Assembly: GCA_016204045.1 (NCBI GenBank)
Contig: JACQLQ010000004.1
Coordinates: 230,927-268,591, forward strand
Length of the DNA: 37,665 bases
From: Parcubacteria group bacterium
GTDB lineage: Bacteria > Patescibacteriota > Minisyncoccia > Phycocordibacterales > UBA2135
Reading direction: 5' to 3'
Within the stretch, counting starts at the first letter, position 1, and every line of letters starts with the position of its first letter. The translations under genes were made by a program, and so were the position numbers. The notes beneath the pieces were generated by a model. It saw only the letters and a program-made list of their open reading frames with translations. It had not been told where the DNA came from and made no database searches. Positions 25,025 through 32,558 of this stretch are shown one piece after another.

Positions 25025-26950
25025 TTATAGGCGAACACCATATTCCCGCATCCACACTTCCAGGTTGATAAGCGCCCAGACATCCCGACCCGTAAGAGCA
25101 TTTCGCCCTGGAGAAAGTCTCTGAGAAAGCATCTCTTTGTCGTAAAGGGAAGCAGAATGGGAGTCAGAAGCAAGCAACAGTTCCCTGCCGGTCTTTATCA
25201 GTGAGCCCGACAACCATTCATTAAGGGGGACAGGAAACCCAAGCTTTTTTCGCTCTGCGATCTCCTTGGGGAGGAATCTGCTCCCGATTTTACGCAACAG
25301 ATATTTTGTCACGTCGTGGACATCACTAATCTGGTCACTATTTAATACCCTTGCGTTCTCTCTGTCCCTCTCCGACTTCCACGCCATTTTGTATTTCATT
25401 GGTAAGGACGAAACATATTCTACGACCTTGTGGTCAATGAACGGGACCCGCCCTTCAACAGATGCTCCCATGGCGGCGTTATCCAGTCGTCCCAATATAC
25501 CCAAGAGGTGAATTCTTTGGAAAAAATGTACGTACTGCTCTGAGGAAGACAGTCCTTCGGCTTTTTTCAACTCACTCTTTATGTATTCTCTGTTTAAGAT
25601 CTGATCCTTAGCTTCGGGAAAAACTTCCCCACTAAGGAGCGAGCGTGTGGTCTCGTAGGCCGTATATGGATACTGAAACAAAAGGTGGTCAACAAGTTCC
25701 TCAAAAATAGCATCTCCGTATTTTTGTTTTAAATTGGAGAATAACGTCTTCTGCTCTTCGGGGGATAGTGCCTCCAGTTTGCGTCGTCCTGCCATCAGGT
25801 CAAAATCATCGCCGCTCCGAAATATTCTCCCATAGCCGCCAAAAAGTTCATCAGCCCCCTCACCAGAAAGTACCACAGTAATATGCTTTTTGAGTTCCTT
25901 GGAGAGGGCGAGGAGCGGAATTTCATTGGGCACATGAAGTGGGGCATCCTTATACCTAATCGCTTCCGGCAACATATCAAAATATTCATTCTCCCCCATG
26001 ACTATCTCGTGGTGATCAGTCTTGAGTTTCTTTGCAACCATGCGTGCGTGCCCCAATTCATTGAATCCCTCTTCCGAAAAACCTACGGAAAATGTTTTGA
26101 CCGGCTTATCCGATATCTCCGACATGAACCCCACGAGCGCGCTTGAATCAAGTCCTCCAGAAAGATACGCCCCGAGCGGCACGTCACTTATCATGTGGGA
26201 CTTGACTGCTTTTTTCAGGATTTCTTCTGTGTGTTTCAAAATTTCCTCTTCTCCGGCATCGCTTTTATCCTTAACGACAGGTAATTCCCAGTATTTTTGC
26301 GGCTTCGGAGCTTTGCCTTCAGTCACAAACGCGTAGTGACCCGGCAAAAATGAATAGACCCCTTCAAAAAAAGTACTCTCCCCGAGAGGGTATCTATAGC
26401 TCAAATAGTCTAAGAATGCTCTTTTGTTGAGAACCTTTGACATCCGCGCTGACTCAAGAATCCCCTTCATTTCTGAAGAAAAGTAGAAAACATCATTATA
26501 AAAGCTCCAAAATAATGGCTTTATGCCCAACCGGTCGCGTGCGACAAAAAGCACTCTCTCTTTTCTGTCCCAGATGGCGAACGCAAACATGCCGTCAAGT
26601 TTCTGAAGACACTTCTCCCCCCAGACTACATACGCCGCAAGCAAGACCTCGGTATCCGTTTGTGTCTTAAACTTGTACTTACTTCCAATCTCATTCTTTA
26701 ATTCTCGGTAATTGTAAATCTCACCATTGAAAACAATCGCGTATCTATCATCAAATGAAAAGAGCGGTTGACGCCCTTCGGGAGAAAGGTCAATGATGGA
26801 AAGCCGTCGATGCCCCAAGGCAACGCCCTCTTTGGGCTCATAGTAAAGCCCTGCGGCGTCGGGTCCACGATGCACCATGAGGTCGCGGGCCCTTTCAAAC
26901 ATTTCCCGTGAAGGCAATACGTCTCCAACGACACCAATGATTGCGCACAT
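25025..26950 (-). CDS. Asparagine synthase (glutamine-hydrolysing)-like amidotransferase, copy 2
   Basis: 641 aa. Contains MCAIIG, HRGPDA, HRRLSIIDL and the PP-loop YLSGGLDSS. The glutaminase domain looks roughly 65% identical by eye to copy 1. Confidence 0.85.
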   Translation of the reverse strand: MCAIIGVVGDVLPSREMFERARDLMVHRGPDAAGLYYEPKEGVALGHRRLSIIDLSPEGRQPLFSFDDRYAIVFNGEIYNYRELKNEIGSKYKFKTQTDTEVLLAAYVVWGEKCLQKLDGMFAFAIWDRKERVLFVARDRLGIKPLFWSFYNDVFYFSSEMKGILESARMSKVLNKRAFLDYLSYRYPLGESTFFEGVYSFLPGHYAFVTEGKAPKPQKYWELPVVKDKSDAGEEEILKHTEEILKKAVKSHMISDVPLGAYLSGGLDSSALVGFMSEISDKPVKTFSVGFSEEGFNELGHARMVAKKLKTDHHEIVMGENEYFDMLPEAIRYKDAPLHVPNEIPLLALSKELKKHITVVLSGEGADELFGGYGRIFRSGDDFDLMAGRRKLEALSPEEQKTLFSNLKQKYGDAIFEELVDHLLFQYPYTAYETTRSLLSGEVFPEAKDQILNREYIKSELKKAEGLSSSEQYVHFFQRIHLLGILGRLDNAAMGASVEGRVPFIDHKVVEYVSSLPMKYKMAWKSERDRENARVLNSDQISDVHDVTKYLLRKIGSRFLPKEIAERKKLGFPVPLNEWLSGSLIKTGRELLLASDSHSASLYDKEMLSQRLSPGRNALTGRDVWALINLEVWMREYGVRL

Positions 26951-26953
26951 ATA

Positions 26954-28312
26954 TTAAGATTGCGTAGTTAGAATCTGAAATAATGCCTGCACCATTCTCT
27001 CTGCGGATTTCCCGTCACGCTTATATATGAATTCATCGATTGTTCTTCTTGTTTCCCTCTCGCGCCCTTCTTCCAAAACACCTTTGAGGATTTGGAGGAA
27101 CTCTTCTTTGTTCTCGGCAAGCCATGTACCACGGGTCTCCATTAATTCTCTGATATAGTCACTAACAAATAAGCGCTTCACCGAACCATGTTCCTCCACG
27201 GATGCATCGACATCAAAATTGAAGTTCACCACCGGTATCCCGCACGCAAGAGCATCAAGCGAAAGAGTTGAGGCCGAATTCACGCACACATCAGCATGAT
27301 ACAACGAATTAAAGAGGTTGTAGACATGATCAATAGAAGTATCGAAATGATCCCTAAGTGCGTGGTTTTGTTTATCGCTTGTATCAACACTCAAGCCCTC
27401 TTCCCCCTGAAGTACCGCGAAGCGCTCCGCGTCTCCCTTATAACCAAGGTGCGGACGCACCAATATATTGGCCTCTTTAATGAACCCCTTCTTCATGTAC
27501 TCTTGTATCAGACGTACATGCTTTGTCTCATCAAACAATTCGGCCCCACCCGACCCGTAGAGAATAATTTTCTTTTTTGGATCAAACTTATGCTTCTCGC
27601 AAAACTCTTCTCGAGAAAGTAGTCCCTCCTTCCTCGCATAAAAATCGAACTGGGGCACGCCCGTTACAATAGTCTCCTCGGGAGAATAGCCCTGAAGTGC
27701 CAGAGCCTTCTCTCGAGTGAAATTATTCCAGACTAGGAGAAAGTCGGCCTTTGTGGGAAAAAGGGCTTGAGAGACGTTATCCCAGCTTTTGGGCATATCA
27801 ACGGTAGTAACCCCGAATCTCCTGGCGCTATTGAGAAGACCGCAATCGGCTCCCGAGGCGGTGTTGAACACAAGATCTGGTTTATATTTTTCGAAAAGAT
27901 CGTCGTGAGCTCGAAGCGGATTTACAAGAGCATGTATCCATCGGATGAGTCTTTTGGCCCCTGGGATGTATCTTAGCGGTGCAAAAAAAGCCATCCGAAA
28001 AGGAAGTAGAAACTGGTTGGGGTTTCTATGCGTGCCGATACTGTACTTGTAACGCGCATAGACACTGCTGTTGAATACAGCTCCCTTAGATAACTCCCGG
28101 AAAAAGCCCCGTAGCCGTTCGCGTTGATCCCAAAACAGCGGTTCAATAAACAAATCCTTGTGCTTGAACGCATCAAAAAGTTCTGGGGTTTTATAATACG
28201 GTGTCAGTAGAACGACCCTCATCCCTTTGTCGAGAAGGCCACGTATGACGCCTGTATGGAACAGATTACGAATGATGCCCCCTCGGGAGACGGTAATGAA
28301 TATCGTCTTCAT
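26954..28312 (-). CDS. Uncharacterised GT-B-like protein, paralogue B (partner at 14028..15413)
   Basis: 452 aa. Shares the same conserved blocks as paralogue A (MPKSWDNVS, GVPQFDFY, LVRPH, NSASTLSLDALACGIPVVNF). Confidence 0.35.
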   Translation of the reverse strand: MKTIFITVSRGGIIRNLFHTGVIRGLLDKGMRVVLLTPYYKTPELFDAFKHKDLFIEPLFWDQRERLRGFFRELSKGAVFNSSVYARYKYSIGTHRNPNQFLLPFRMAFFAPLRYIPGAKRLIRWIHALVNPLRAHDDLFEKYKPDLVFNTASGADCGLLNSARRFGVTTVDMPKSWDNVSQALFPTKADFLLVWNNFTREKALALQGYSPEETIVTGVPQFDFYARKEGLLSREEFCEKHKFDPKKKIILYGSGGAELFDETKHVRLIQEYMKKGFIKEANILVRPHLGYKGDAERFAVLQGEEGLSVDTSDKQNHALRDHFDTSIDHVYNLFNSLYHADVCVNSASTLSLDALACGIPVVNFNFDVDASVEEHGSVKRLFVSDYIRELMETRGTWLAENKEEFLQILKGVLEEGRERETRRTIDEFIYKRDGKSAERMVQALFQILTTQS

Positions 28313-28339
28313 TGGTCTATATAACGTCCTCTAGACTGT

Positions 28340-28933
28340 CTAAGTTCTCTCGGCGTGCTGAAAAGAATCCTGGAAATATTGAGTGAATAGGTGCAAAATG
28401 ACAGCGTGAATCCCCTCTACGACGCTGTAGCGCCCCTTGGGGGTGGGTACAAAGATCTTTGCATCGGCAAGTTCGTTTAGCTTCCCGCCGTCAAAACCGG
28501 AAATACCAATAACCGGAACACGGTGCTTTTTTGCCAACTCGACCGCCTTAATGACATTGGCGGAATTGCCGGAGCTTGAGATTGCAATGACGCAGTCGCC
28601 TTCCTGTATATAGTTCTGGAGTGGCCCAGCAAAAACCATGTCATACCCGATGTCGTTCGCCCATGCTGTTAACTCTTCTTCGGTTGTAGGGACTCGAATC
28701 GCTTGGAACCGCTTCGTACGTCCTTCGAGGTTGTAGCTGAAGACGGTTTTGTTAAAATCACTCACCCAATGTGTGGCAAGAGCAAGCGAACCTCCGTTTC
28801 CGAATATATAAATACGCCCGTCACGCTCATACGTCGCTTGGATGATGTTCATTGCCCGAGCAATTTCTTCAACGGGCAATTTCTTAATTGTTTCCCCAAC
28901 CTCGTCTATAAAGTTTTGGATGTAAACTCTCAT
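28340..28933 (-). CDS. gmhA: SIS-domain sedoheptulose-7-phosphate isomerase (GmhA-like)
   Basis: 197 aa. Contains [49 protein letters not shown] closely parallels E. coli GmhA [35 protein letters not shown] (recalled). Confidence 0.8.
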   Translation of the reverse strand: [197 protein letters not shown]

Positions 28934-28939
28934 GGCTTT

Positions 28940-29956
28940 CTATTGTTGTTGGTAGTTAAATAACACATCCGTACCCGATTGTACAAATTTTACTGGTATC
29001 TCTCTAAAATCCGAGAGTGCACTTCCCAAGGCGGCCTCTGTCACCATCTTTCGGATCACATCATGTTTTTGCGGGTCGGCAAGAAAAAGGACGCACCCTC
29101 CTCCACCGGCACCTAACACTTTTCCACCCCAAGCCCCAGCGGATCGCCCTGCCTCATAGAGAGTATCTATGGCCGTATTTGAAATATTGTTTGCGAGCGT
29201 TTTCTTTAACAGCCACCCATCGTGAAGCATCTCTCCCATCCCCTTCATGTCGCCCGCAATCAATAATCGCTCAAAATCAAAAACAGAATCTGACATTTTT
29301 CTGTACGTGTCGAAGTGTTTGTCTACGTCAGCGCTTTGAGTCTTTAAGACGTCAGAGGCCGAGCGCGTAATGCCGGTGAAGAAAAGGAGTACGTGGTCCT
29401 CGAGTGCGGAACGCTTTTTGAAGTCGAGAAAGAGTGGCTTAACGTTAACGGAGTCGTCCTCGTTGAACTGAATGAGGTTTAACCCGCCGTAGGAGGCGGC
29501 ATATTGATCTTGTTTACCGATTGGTTCTTTGAGCAAATCAATTTCCAGACGGCATGCGCCACACGCAACTTCTTCGGCACTGAGTTTGCGCCCCAAATGT
29601 ATGTTGAGCCCTTTTAAAAGAGCGGCGGAAAAACTAGAGGAAGAACCTAATCCTGTCTTACTCGGAAGGTCAGCGAATGAGCCGATCTCTATACCTGGGT
29701 CTGTAATACCCAAATCAAGAAGAGCGGCTTTGATGCTCGGGTGTTTCAAATCTCTAGGATGAGACGCTGATTCGGTTATGCTGTAGCGCAAGAGAAATTT
29801 GTTGAGAAGCGGCGTTGGGTGGATGACCGCGTACACGTACTTATTGATAGTCGTCGAAATGACTCTTCCTGGGTATGTACGATAAAAAGCAGGAAGATCG
29901 GTTCCGCCCCCAACAAAACTTATACGCAATGGTGAGCGTGTAATAATCATAATCAC
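28940..29956 (-). CDS. hddA: GHMP-family sugar kinase, D-glycero-D-manno-heptose 7-phosphate kinase-like
   Basis: 338 aa. Contains RISFVGGGTDLPAFY, GHMP motif II PSKTGLGSSSSFSAALL, and C-terminal GAGGGG. Confidence 0.75.
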   Translation of the reverse strand: MIMIITRSPLRISFVGGGTDLPAFYRTYPGRVISTTINKYVYAVIHPTPLLNKFLLRYSITESASHPRDLKHPSIKAALLDLGITDPGIEIGSFADLPSKTGLGSSSSFSAALLKGLNIHLGRKLSAEEVACGACRLEIDLLKEPIGKQDQYAASYGGLNLIQFNEDDSVNVKPLFLDFKKRSALEDHVLLFFTGITRSASDVLKTQSADVDKHFDTYRKMSDSVFDFERLLIAGDMKGMGEMLHDGWLLKKTLANNISNTAIDTLYEAGRSAGAWGGKVLGAGGGGCVLFLADPQKHDVIRKMVTEAALGSALSDFREIPVKFVQSGTDVLFNYQQQ

Positions 29957-30663
29957 TTTCTTGAGCCAAAAAAGACTTCTGCTTCTTTAAGCCTCTGCGG
30001 GGTGCCTATATCATAGAACCGGTGCGGAGAAACATAGGTTATAAGCTCCCCTCGCCGTATGAGTTCAGGAAAAAGCACATTGCCTATGGCGTCAGTATAG
30101 CCTTCTCCAATATACTCAAGGACCTTTTTATTGAACACCATGGCTCCTGCTTCTGCGTGGGTGCCGTTTGGGACTCCGCGCTGCTCATAGCCGGTGACGC
30201 AACCCTCCTCATCAACACACAAATTATTTGAGTAATTGTCGCCCCGTTCACTTTCATCTTTGAACTGGTACGACACTACAACGCCCTCCTTCCCCGACTT
30301 TGTGTAGAAATTAACAAGGTCCCTGTAATCAATCGGCAAAAAATTATCTCCGTACAAAAGCACAAATGAATCAGCAAGCTTTTCGTAAGCGAGGTGAAGA
30401 GCGCCGCCGTGTCCCAAGGGTTCGTGCTCCTGTGAGTATACTACCCGCAAACCGTAGGTACTCCCGTCACCAAAATGGTTTTCTATAACCTCCCCCAAGT
30501 GGCCCGTGAGAACAAGGATGTCCACAATGCCGTTTTCTTTCAAGAGTGCGAAAAGATGCTCAAGAAAAGGGCGGTTGCGCACGAGAACCATCGGCTTTGG
30601 AATCGTGTCAGTAAGGGGCCGGAGCCGCGTTCCTAAACCGCCCGCCAGTATTACCGCTTGCAT
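29953..30663 (-). CDS. hddC: Sugar-1-phosphate nucleotidylyltransferase (heptose-1-P guanylyltransferase HddC-like)
   Basis: Contains MQAVILAGGLGTRLRPLTDTIPKPMV and YGDNF. I prefer ATG 30663 over the track's TTG 30687, which lies upstream of a TGcTAGTAT extended -10. 4-nt overlap with hddA. Confidence 0.7.
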   Translation of the reverse strand: MQAVILAGGLGTRLRPLTDTIPKPMVLVRNRPFLEHLFALLKENGIVDILVLTGHLGEVIENHFGDGSTYGLRVVYSQEHEPLGHGGALHLAYEKLADSFVLLYGDNFLPIDYRDLVNFYTKSGKEGVVVSYQFKDESERGDNYSNNLCVDEEGCVTGYEQRGVPNGTHAEAGAMVFNKKVLEYIGEGYTDAIGNVLFPELIRRGELITYVSPHRFYDIGTPQRLKEAEVFFGSRK

Positions 30664-30679
30664 AAATGGGATACTAGCA
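30664..30679 (-). promoter_or_regulatory. Extended -10 box placed for a leaderless hddC operon transcript
   Basis: The minus strand reads TGcTAGTAT-CCCATTT-ATG (7 nt to ATG 30663). No SD. Confidence 0.35.
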
Positions 30680-30820
30680 CACTTCAATGGGGCAAAAAAG
30701 AAGCGGACACAACATGTAGGAAGGGTGTCAAGTACGTTTTGAGGAAGTGAATTATTAGAGATTCTGTGTTCTCATTGCGCATCCTCGTTCGTTGTAATAA
30801 ACTTAATTTCAAGCATTCTC

Positions 30821-30833
30821 TAAAATAAACATT
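30821..30833 (+). promoter_or_regulatory. -10 box placed for a leaderless transcript of the 3-dehydratase gene
   Basis: TAAAAT-AAACATT-ATG (7 nt to ATG 30834). No SD-like purine run upstream. Confidence 0.35.
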
Positions 30834-32024
30834 ATGCGAATCCCTACAGCAAACACATCAATCGGGCAAGAAGAAATAGAGGCCGTAATGAAGCTTTTGA
30901 AAGAAAACGTCGTCACCCCCGGTAGCAAGGTTCGTGAGTTCGAAGACGGCATTACCCGCGTGTTCGGCAAAAAGCACGGGGTTATGGTGAACTCCGGGTC
31001 ATCGGCGAATCTTCTTGCGCTCTACGCACACAAGAAACCAGGGCTTGAGGTCATTACCCCAGCGCTCACCTTTGGCACAACGGTCGCCCCCATCTTGCAG
31101 GCCGGAATGAAGCCAAAGTTTTTCGATTCCGAAGCAGACACATATGTAATAGATGTGGATGCAGTCGAAGAGTATGTCGAAAGCACTCCCAACGTGGAAA
31201 GGATCTTTATGATCCCCGCGCTCGTCGGCAACCTCCCCGACCTCACCCGATTGCGAGACTTGAGCAGGAAACACGGCAGCCTTTTTATACTCGATTCGTG
31301 CGACACGAACGGAGCGCTCTTTGACGGCAAGCCCATTGGCACGTATGCAGACATCGCCACAAGCTCCTTTTACAGCACACACATCATTACCGCCGGTGGT
31401 GGTGGAGGTGTCATAATGACTGACGATGACGAGTTGAAGTCGAAACTTCAGGTGCTCCGGGGCTGGGGGCGTGCCTCAGCGGGAACCCTTGAGTCAGAGG
31501 ATATTAACGTGAGGTTCAATTACTCAATAGACGGCATTCCCTACGACAGCAAGCTCGCGTTTAAAGAGTGCGGCTTCAACATGCAGGTGACGGAAATGCA
31601 GGGAACAATCGCAGTTGAGCAGTTGAAAAAACTGCCAGAGTTCATGCGGATAAGAAAAGCAACCTTCAAAAAGATTTTCGACTTCTTTAAAACAAAGCCC
31701 TACTTTATTACACCGAAACAGCACCCAAAGACGGACACTCTTTTCATTAACTTCCCATTAACACTCACTCCCGACTGTCCGTTTACTCGCCAGGAGCTCG
31801 TCGTCTTTTTGGAAAACCACGATGTTCAGACGCGCGCGCTCTTTTCGGGGAACATAACACGGCACCCAGGATTCAGAGATTTAGTGGGCGGACCAATCCC
31901 ATTCAAGAATGCGGACTATATCATGAAGAACTCGCTCCTCATCGGCTGCCACCAGGGGCTTACCGATGCACACTTAGAATATCTCTTTAGCGTCTTCGAC
32001 CTTTTCCTCAAAGAAAAGGTGTAA
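30834..32024 (+). CDS. DegT/DnrJ/EryC1-family PMP/PLP enzyme with His replacing the Schiff-base Lys: NDP-4-keto-6-deoxy-sugar 3-dehydratase (ColD / E1-DdhC type)
   Basis: 396 aa. Contains GVMVNSGSSANLLAL. The active-site segment IATSSFYSTHIITAGGGGGVIMTDDDE can be compared with ColD TFSSFYSHHIATMEGGCIVTDDEE (recalled). Lys is absent at the position where aminotransferases have SF-x-x-x-K. Confidence 0.7.
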   Translation: MRIPTANTSIGQEEIEAVMKLLKENVVTPGSKVREFEDGITRVFGKKHGVMVNSGSSANLLALYAHKKPGLEVITPALTFGTTVAPILQAGMKPKFFDSEADTYVIDVDAVEEYVESTPNVERIFMIPALVGNLPDLTRLRDLSRKHGSLFILDSCDTNGALFDGKPIGTYADIATSSFYSTHIITAGGGGGVIMTDDDELKSKLQVLRGWGRASAGTLESEDINVRFNYSIDGIPYDSKLAFKECGFNMQVTEMQGTIAVEQLKKLPEFMRIRKATFKKIFDFFKTKPYFITPKQHPKTDTLFINFPLTLTPDCPFTRQELVVFLENHDVQTRALFSGNITRHPGFRDLVGGPIPFKNADYIMKNSLLIGCHQGLTDAHLEYLFSVFDLFLKEKV

Positions 32025-32094
32025 AAGCGAATCTTCTCGCTTATTTGCGGTAAATATTCTACTATTGTCATAGTGATCTTTACGGAGAAAAGCT

Positions 32095-32457
32095 GTGCGT
32101 AAAACACCTGTGTTTCTCTTGTGCTTAGGAAGCTTAACGGCTTGTGTAGGGATGGAAAATATAGGAACGAGGCCCGTAGAGGCGGTGGTGGTAGGCAAAG
32201 AGGTGGCGGATGCTCCGAATTTTGCGCTGGGGATGCTGATCCTCGGTCTCCCGATACCAATGGGCACCGTCGAGCGCTGTACTCTCACTCTCGAAACTCC
32301 TACCGTACGTGAGCCAATTACTCTCGTAGACCCCCCGAACTGCAGAGACGCCGAGGTCGGCTCGCGTGTTCAAATCAAACTTGTGACACAAATGAGACCA
32401 GGCCCCGGGACTCCATCTCCATATACAGAATGGCAACTTCTCCGAGTTTTGAATTAA
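32095..32457 (+). CDS. Small predicted lipoprotein, unknown function
   Basis: 120 aa with a GTG start 7-8 nt after GGAG. The signal peptide MRKTPVFLLCLGSLTAC carries lipobox L-T-A-C. A strong hairpin terminator follows immediately. Confidence 0.5.
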   Translation: MRKTPVFLLCLGSLTACVGMENIGTRPVEAVVVGKEVADAPNFALGMLILGLPIPMGTVERCTLTLETPTVREPITLVDPPNCRDAEVGSRVQIKLVTQMRPGPGTPSPYTEWQLLRVLN

Positions 32458-32482
32458 AAGCCCATAGATGGGCTTTTTATTT
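32457..32482. terminator. Hairpin terminator, potentially bidirectional, between convergent lipoprotein (+) and GT2 (-) genes
   Basis: AAAGCCCAT-AG-ATGGGCTTT followed by TTATTT on the plus strand. An A-run upstream supplies the T-run for the minus strand. Confidence 0.75.
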
Positions 32483-32496
32483 CGTCGAGCGAGGAT

Positions 32497-32527
32497 GGAA
32501 AATGAAAGCTGTGCTTTCCTTTTCTCC
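32497..32527 (-). terminator. Second, imperfect hairpin just downstream of the GT2 stop
   Basis: The minus strand reads GGAGAAAAGGAAAGC-ACA-GCTTTCATTTTCC, a GAAAGC/GCTTTC core with imperfect extension. There is no clean T-run. Confidence 0.35.
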
Positions 32528-32558
32528 GAGTGAAGACGAAATATGAGACGAAGTGCTC

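Noticed and set aside
30664-30687. N-terminal extensions offered by the ORF track (TTG 30687; also GTG 4557, 7657, TTG 33518, 34462, 36314, ATG 4475)
   Set aside because: Each extension overlaps the upstream gene or a -10 box, uses a rare start, or adds residues before a canonical family N-terminus (e.g. MQAVILAGG, MSKILLTGGSG, MISVVFPTYNE). I preferred internal ATGs, but the starts remain unverified.
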